The position numbers were made by a program, and so were the translations under genes. Below, in pieces: positions 58,796 to 64,000 of a stretch of DNA of 64,000 bases (the stretch's first letter is position 1; every line of letters starts with the position of its first letter). The stretch is taken from the IMG/VR virus record IMGVR_UViG_3300029812_000129, positions 5,332 to 69,331 of that record; one strand, written 5' to 3'. The DNA is from a virus. The notes beneath the pieces were generated by a model. The model was not told where the DNA came from. It was given only the letters and a program-made list of their open reading frames with translations, and did not search any database.

Positions 58796-59201
58796 ACCAA
58801 TAGACAAAGAACCATGCAAGAAAGGGTATAAGGTATTCTACAGAAAAGAAGAAGAAATATCTATGTATGAAAAGGATGTAATCTTCCCAACGGATACATG
58901 GATAGACGAAGTGGGGTATAGACCATCTTGGTTTCATGGTGAAAGCCTATATTATACTACATCTTACGAAGCGTATACAGATTCAGCGACATATATTACG
59001 TATCCTGTAGGTTGGCATGTATTCCATACTTTAGATGCAGCTATGGAATGGATAACAAATGACCAGCAGATAATAAGAGAAGTAGAAGTCAAAGAACCAG
59101 TAGCGGTAGGAGAACAAATATACGCTGGTAGGTGTTGGGATGTAACAGTATGTAAAAAAATAAAAATATTAAAGGAGCAAACATGCGAAAAAAAACACTA
59201 A
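58782..59201 (+). CDS. Hypothetical protein
   Basis: MCL...GYKVF...Y..GWH.F. Confidence 0.55.
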   Translation: MCLYKPIDKEPCKKGYKVFYRKEEEISMYEKDVIFPTDTWIDEVGYRPSWFHGESLYYTTSYEAYTDSATYITYPVGWHVFHTLDAAMEWITNDQQIIREVEVKEPVAVGEQIYAGRCWDVTVCKKIKILKEQTCEKKH

Positions 59202-59494
59202 TAGTAACAAGACATGCAGGAGCGGTAAAATGGTTAAAGAGTAAAGGGATAAAAGGAATAAATGTTTATAACTTACAAGAAGAAGATGTAGAAAAAGGAG
59301 ATAAGATATATGGAGTATTGCCTTTAACACTTGTAGCAAAAGCTATAGAAAAAGGTGCAGAAGTAACGCTGCTGATGTTGCCAAGCATAGCATACGAAGA
59401 TAGAGGTAAAGAGCTGACTCCAGAAGAGATGGATGAAGCGGGAGCCTATATGGTAAGAGTGGTTTATTTGGAACTGGAAAGGATGAGCATATAA
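59183..59494 (+). CDS. csx16: Csx16-like (CRISPR type III-associated, putative cOA ring nuclease)
   Basis: VTRHAGAVKWL, GD...GVLP..L.A....KGA, RGKELT.EE....GA match the Csx16 pattern across the full 103 aa. Confidence 0.8.
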   Translation: MRKKTLIVTRHAGAVKWLKSKGIKGINVYNLQEEDVEKGDKIYGVLPLTLVAKAIEKGAEVTLLMLPSIAYEDRGKELTPEEMDEAGAYMVRVVYLELERMSI

Positions 59495-59856
59495 TGAATA
59501 GAGATATAGAACTATTAGAAGAAAGTATTGAGCATTGGGAAAATGATATATGGCCGTTGTTAGGTGAAGCAACTAAAATAATAAATAACGTGTTAAGGTT
59601 TAGCGTTTCAATTAGAGGAGAATTGGTAGATATTCCTTGCGGATCAACCCATTGTCCTTTATGCGAAGAATATCTTTGTGATTTTTGTGCGGGTTGCCCA
59701 ATAGATGCTATGGACTTTACGTGTACAATAGCCGATTCACCATATGACATGTTTAGGGAATCAGATACTTTAAGAAAAGCAAGAATAAGATGTAAGAAAA
59801 TGATTGGAACAATGGAAGTAATATTAGAGAAATTAAAAATAAAGGAGGCGATATAA
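59494..59856 (+). CDS. Cys-rich paralog family member 2
   Basis: LLEESIEHWE..IPC...CPLC..Y..C.GCPI. Confidence 0.6.
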   Translation: MNRDIELLEESIEHWENDIWPLLGEATKIINNVLRFSVSIRGELVDIPCGSTHCPLCEEYLCDFCAGCPIDAMDFTCTIADSPYDMFRESDTLRKARIRCKKMIGTMEVILEKLKIKEAI

Positions 59857-59858
59857 AA

Positions 59859-60386
59859 ATGGTACTAACCGATAGAAATAAAGAGTTATTAAAAGAATCT
59901 ATCAAACATTGGAAAGAAGATATTATCCCACTATTAAAAAAAGGCAACAAATTCAGAAGACCATGTGTTTTAATTGATGGTAAAGAAGTAAATTTACCAT
60001 GCTATAGGGAAGAATGCCCGCTATGCAGAGAATACCTTGGGTATTTTAGGTGGGATAATACGTGTAGCGAATGTCCAATATCTATGGCTGGATTTGGTTG
60101 CGATGATGGCTATAGTCCTTGGAAAAACTTTATAAATTCCAGCACTATCCGTGAAGCTAGAGTAAGAGCAAAGATAATGATACAGATGATGGAAAGCATA
60201 TTAGATAAGACAAAAGAAAAGAAATATATTGTATCGGTAGCAAAAGAGCAATGGGGTTTTGTAGAGATAGAAGCAAAAAACATAGGGGAAGCAAGACATA
60301 TGGCACGTGAAGCCGTTATAGAAGGACAGGCTGTATGGGAAGATAACAAAATATCAGTAGACACAATAAGAGAGGAGAGAGAATAA
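59859..60386 (+). CDS. Cys-rich paralog family member 3, with C-terminal extension
   Basis: LLKESIKHWK..LPC...CPLC..Y...C.ECPI. Confidence 0.6.
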   Translation: MVLTDRNKELLKESIKHWKEDIIPLLKKGNKFRRPCVLIDGKEVNLPCYREECPLCREYLGYFRWDNTCSECPISMAGFGCDDGYSPWKNFINSSTIREARVRAKIMIQMMESILDKTKEKKYIVSVAKEQWGFVEIEAKNIGEARHMAREAVIEGQAVWEDNKISVDTIREERE

Positions 60387-60536
60387 TGGCAAAAAACCAA
60401 GGTTGGTGGAGATTAGAACTTACGGACAACAGGCCAGAGGAATTAAGCGATTACGATAGGGAGCATATTGCAGAATGTATATTGGGAGGGAATACGCAGG
60501 GCAATATTGTTGAAAACGAGGAATGGGAGGATCTAA

Positions 60537-61148
60537 ATGTACAATAAAAACAATTTAGAAATATATAAGGTAGCTTCAAAAGATGAGACAAAAGTTATTT
60601 TAGGGGGAGTTTATTTCACAGGTGATTCTACAGTTGCAACAGATAGCAGTTTATTAATGGAGGTATCAGTTCCTAAGCAAAACATAGAAGATTTTCCGAT
60701 AGTGGGAGAAGAACTTGTAGATGTACATGAACCATTTATATTAGAAGCAAAAGCAGTCAGAGACTTAATAAAAGATATACCTAAAAATTCTTCATTACCT
60801 ATTTTAGAAAATATAGTTGTTGCCAAAAATAAGGATAAAGGAGTAGCTTCTTTAGTAACAACAGATTTATCCATTACTAACGTACACAAGGTCAGAAAGA
60901 TAATAGGTGAATATCCTAAGCATAAACAATTGTTCCCAGAAGAAGAGCCTGCAATAAAACTTAGATTAGACCCACAACTTTTAAAGAAAGTAGCAGAGCT
61001 ATATTGTAAAACATTGGAAGCAGGCAGTTCTATAGAAATATTTGTTCATAAAAGTATAAATAAGCCAATAGAATTTAGAGCTTTTAATACAGAAACAAAA
61101 CAAGAAATAAAAGCTTTATTAATGCAGAAGAGTGGTAATAATGCTTAG
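60537..61148 (+). CDS. Beta sliding-clamp-like protein (truncated, about two domains)
   Basis: AS.DET...L.GV, VATDS..L, G.YP....L.P, ALLM. Confidence 0.65.
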   Translation: MYNKNNLEIYKVASKDETKVILGGVYFTGDSTVATDSSLLMEVSVPKQNIEDFPIVGEELVDVHEPFILEAKAVRDLIKDIPKNSSLPILENIVVAKNKDKGVASLVTTDLSITNVHKVRKIIGEYPKHKQLFPEEEPAIKLRLDPQLLKKVAELYCKTLEAGSSIEIFVHKSINKPIEFRAFNTETKQEIKALLMQKSGNNA

Positions 61149-61419
61149 AAAAGATATGTTAAGAAGATTGGGGGAAGGGGAAGACCCATTAGAACTCTCT
61201 ATAGAAAAATGGAAAGATATTATAGAAGGGAAAGAAGATGATACAGATAATTGTGCTTTGTGTAAAACAAATATATGTAGCAATTGTATAGCCGATTCAG
61301 ATGGTTGGTGTTGTGGCGGGTATTATGATGCTTATGTGATTGGTTGCGAAAGTGGTACATACCATAAAGAATTAGCTATAGATGTATATGATTATTTATG
61401 TAGCCTAAGAAAGAAATAA
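61132..61419 (+). CDS. Cys-rich paralog family member 4 (divergent)
   Basis: LELSIEKWKDI...CALC...CSNC. Confidence 0.5.
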   Translation: MVIMLRKDMLRRLGEGEDPLELSIEKWKDIIEGKEDDTDNCALCKTNICSNCIADSDGWCCGGYYDAYVIGCESGTYHKELAIDVYDYLCSLRKK

Positions 61420-61451
61420 TAATGATTTATTTAAACTAAATAGGAGGGTAA

Positions 61452-62225
61452 ATGGACTATGTAAATAACTTTCTTAAAGAAATACTATTATCAGGATATA
61501 GTCATCACACTATAACTGCTTATCGGAATGACCTTAAAATAATAGAACAGAAAGCTATTAACACAATTACCAAAGAAGATGTTATAAGTTTTATACCAAT
61601 GGATTTAGCTCCGAGAACAAGGGCGAGAAGGCTAAATGCTTTTAAATCATTCTTTTCATGGGCAAAAGAGAACAATATAGTAAAAAGTAATCCCACTAAA
61701 AACATAAAAGCTATTAAAATCCCTTATAGCGAGGTGGTGATACCATGTAAAGATTATAAATCATTGATAAACAATATTGCCAAAGAAAAACACAGGCTTA
61801 TGTTAACCCTTTTACGAGAGACAGGTATGAGAGCAGGGGAGTTGGCTAAATTAAAGAAAGACTCTTTAATAGAAGCTGGATTATTGATAGACGGTAAGGG
61901 CAGTAAACAAAGGGTTATACCGTTGTTAGAAGCTACCCGTAATGAGCTTGAAGACTATTTGGAAAACATGGATCAAATATATATGTTCCCCAACAGAAAA
62001 GGGGAGAGAATAAGTAACACTACTATATATAGAGTTGCAAAAAGATATTTAGGGATATACCCACATCTTTTAAGACATTTATTTATTACAAGTCTTATAG
62101 AAAACAATGTAGATATATTTACAGCTAAGACGTTGGCTGGACACAGCAACTCAAGCACAACAGAAGTATACACACATTTATCCAAAAAGCATTTAGCAAA
62201 ATCTATAGAAAAGACTTTTGAATAA
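61452..62225 (+). CDS. Tyrosine recombinase, XerC/D-like
   Basis: TGMR..EL, GKG.KQR, HLLRH, LAGH, T.VY (R-K-H-R-H-Y); no arm-binding domain. Confidence 0.9.
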   Translation: MDYVNNFLKEILLSGYSHHTITAYRNDLKIIEQKAINTITKEDVISFIPMDLAPRTRARRLNAFKSFFSWAKENNIVKSNPTKNIKAIKIPYSEVVIPCKDYKSLINNIAKEKHRLMLTLLRETGMRAGELAKLKKDSLIEAGLLIDGKGSKQRVIPLLEATRNELEDYLENMDQIYMFPNRKGERISNTTIYRVAKRYLGIYPHLLRHLFITSLIENNVDIFTAKTLAGHSNSSTTEVYTHLSKKHLAKSIEKTFE

Positions 62226-63283
62226 TGTTCTTTGATAATGATGTTAACATAAACGTTAACATAAATGCAGAAGATAATAGTTGTGTTCCAACAGCTTCTA
62301 ATGCGGGTATCCCAACAGGAAATATATTAGCTCCTGATGGGTTTAAGGAATTTATTGGACAAGAAGATGCTGTAAAAGCTATACAAACAGAACTTGGATT
62401 AGCCAAAGAATACAACAGACCTTTCCCGCACACACTAATGTTGGGTTATCCGGGGCTAGGCAAATCAACACTTGTTAGTTTAATAGCTAAAAGTCTTTGC
62501 ACTAAAACATACTCTTTTACAGCACCAATAAAAGAAAAGATGTGGCGAGAGACAATGACAGAAATGGATGATGATAATTATAATGGATTAACAACACCAC
62601 AGATAATATATTTAGATGAAATTCACTTACAAGAAGGTAAACAAGAATTTATGTATACATGTTTACAAGATAATATTATGTACAATGACGGAAGTCCATA
62701 CACGGTATCACCGTTTACTTTAATGGGAGCCACAACAGATGAAGGGCAACTGTCAGCACCTTTTTTACAAAGATTTGAGTTACAAATATTTTTACATCCT
62801 TACTCAATAAGAGACCTCTCTGTTATCGCTTTACAATCATTAAATAAATTAAAAACATCTTATAATAAAGATATTTCTATAGATGAAGATATAGTAATAA
62901 GAATAGCAAATATGTCATGGGGCACACCAAGACTTGTAAATAAGTATTTAAAGCAAGCCTATAAAATAGCATTATCTCAAAAGGAAGATGTGATAACAAC
63001 AGAAACCTTTAATGAAATACTAAAAAGATTTTGCTTAACTCCAGAAGGTATAAATAAAAAAGAGTTAACATATTTAGATATATTATATGATACATTTGAA
63101 TGTAAAGCAAAAGGATTAGCTACTGTTGCGTCAGTTATGCAAGAGAACTCTAAAACAGTAATGAAGTATATAGAACCACATCTTATAAGAATGAAGTTAG
63201 TAATTCCTACACCAAGAGGTAGGAAAATAACCGAGAAAGGAGTAGAATATATAGAGAAATATAAAACAATGATAGAAAATTAA
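62225..63283 (+). CDS. ruvB: RuvB Holliday junction branch-migration ATPase
   Basis: FIGQ, G.PGLGKSTL, DEIH, FTL.GATT..G.LS.P...RF, GTPR, EP.L, TPRGR. Confidence 0.9.
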   Translation: MFFDNDVNINVNINAEDNSCVPTASNAGIPTGNILAPDGFKEFIGQEDAVKAIQTELGLAKEYNRPFPHTLMLGYPGLGKSTLVSLIAKSLCTKTYSFTAPIKEKMWRETMTEMDDDNYNGLTTPQIIYLDEIHLQEGKQEFMYTCLQDNIMYNDGSPYTVSPFTLMGATTDEGQLSAPFLQRFELQIFLHPYSIRDLSVIALQSLNKLKTSYNKDISIDEDIVIRIANMSWGTPRLVNKYLKQAYKIALSQKEDVITTETFNEILKRFCLTPEGINKKELTYLDILYDTFECKAKGLATVASVMQENSKTVMKYIEPHLIRMKLVIPTPRGRKITEKGVEYIEKYKTMIEN

Positions 63284-63676
63284 AAAAAGACTACAATTAA
63301 AAGGAGAGGATGGAGATGAGAAAGAAATATTACACCGTTGAGAAAGGTTACCCCGCAGAAATTGGCGAGCGGTTGTGTTTCAAATGGAACAAAGAATGGA
63401 AGGTCATAAAAATAATTGAAAAAGAAACCAATAAAACACTTGTCTTAGAGGAGGTGAAATAAGTGGATGTTAGAGAAGTAAGGCAAATGGAATATGTATT
63501 AACGAATGAGATAAGAAAATTAATAACTGGTTTCGAGGAAGCTACTGATACCACCATAAGCTATATGGCAATTGATAGATTAAAAGATATGGAGGGCAAA
63601 AGTTACCCATTAATAACATTAGAAGTGCATGTATAAATGCATGGAAAACAATTCCATGCTATAAAAAGGAGATATA

Positions 63677-64000
63677 ATGCTTAGTTTAGAGAATAGAAAG
63701 AAGTTAGCAAGGTTAGGTGTTTTTAATCTAAATAGAAGAATTTTAGAGTGCACCTGCCCAAAATGGTTAAAGAATAATTGTAATCGAGACACCTGTAAGA
63801 AATTGGAATGTAAAAGCTTTAAAAAGGATAATTGTACCTCTAAATGTAAATATTTAGCTATAGACCCTACACTTGAAGACTTAGAAGAAGAAATAAGATT
63901 AAAGATAGATGAGTGGGAAGAAGGGGAATATCAAATTGACTACGGTCTTGATAAAAAAACGAATACAAAATGTTACAGTATTTTTCTGTATAAAATAAAT
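63677..64000 (+). CDS. Hypothetical protein (partial; paralog of 39064-39453; not in ORF track)
   Basis: AGGAG RBS; MLSLENRKKLARLGVF...CKYLAIDPT. Confidence 0.55.
   Translation, partial: MLSLENRKKLARLGVFNLNRRILECTCPKWLKNNCNRDTCKKLECKSFKKDNCTSKCKYLAIDPTLEDLEEEIRLKIDEWEEGEYQIDYGLDKKTNTKCYSIFLYKIN

Noticed and set aside
1-64000. CRISPR array (prompted by csx16 and the Cas4-like nuclease)
   Set aside because: No regularly spaced direct repeats seen; the exonuclease sits in an ordinary recombination context
1-64000. Alternative genetic code, DGR/retron, or inteins in TerL, helicase, RecA or RtcB
   Set aside because: Genes are intact under the standard code with TAA, TAG and TGA all used as stops; no reverse transcriptase; normal protein lengths and no intein motifs

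Overview
AT-rich (roughly 30% GC by eye), gene-dense segment of a tailed dsDNA phage with siphovirus-type morphogenesis and strong GGAGG Shine-Dalgarno sites; the host cannot be identified. There are four blocks. (1) 1-30.9 kb, minus strand, late operon: TerS, TerL, portal, protease/scaffold, capsid, head-tail, tail tube, frameshifted tail chaperones, tape measure and tail tip, ending in a glycosyltransferase/methyltransferase cluster. It carries an IsrB + omegaRNA insertion and a frameshifted GIY-YIG endonuclease. (2) 31-38.4 kb, plus strand: lytic transglycosylase, tRNA-Pro, exonuclease, HNH, initiator, primase-helicase, RecA, NDT. (3) 38.4-52 kb, minus strand: accessory genes including an RNA-repair set (Rnl2-like ligase, RtcB, HD, RlaP-like nucleotidyltransferase). 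(4) 53.3-64 kb, plus strand: early-type small genes including Ocr-like and Csx16-like anti-defence candidates, a Cys-rich paralog family, a beta-clamp-like protein, a Xer-like recombinase and RuvB. Best leads: phage-borne Csx16 as a possible anti-type III ring nuclease; the IsrB element in the tail operon; unexplained structured RNAs (between terS and terL, and two cassettes with a shared stem but different inserts); and a dif-like site in the 52 kb non-coding region. All calls come from recognising motifs by eye; no searches were run.
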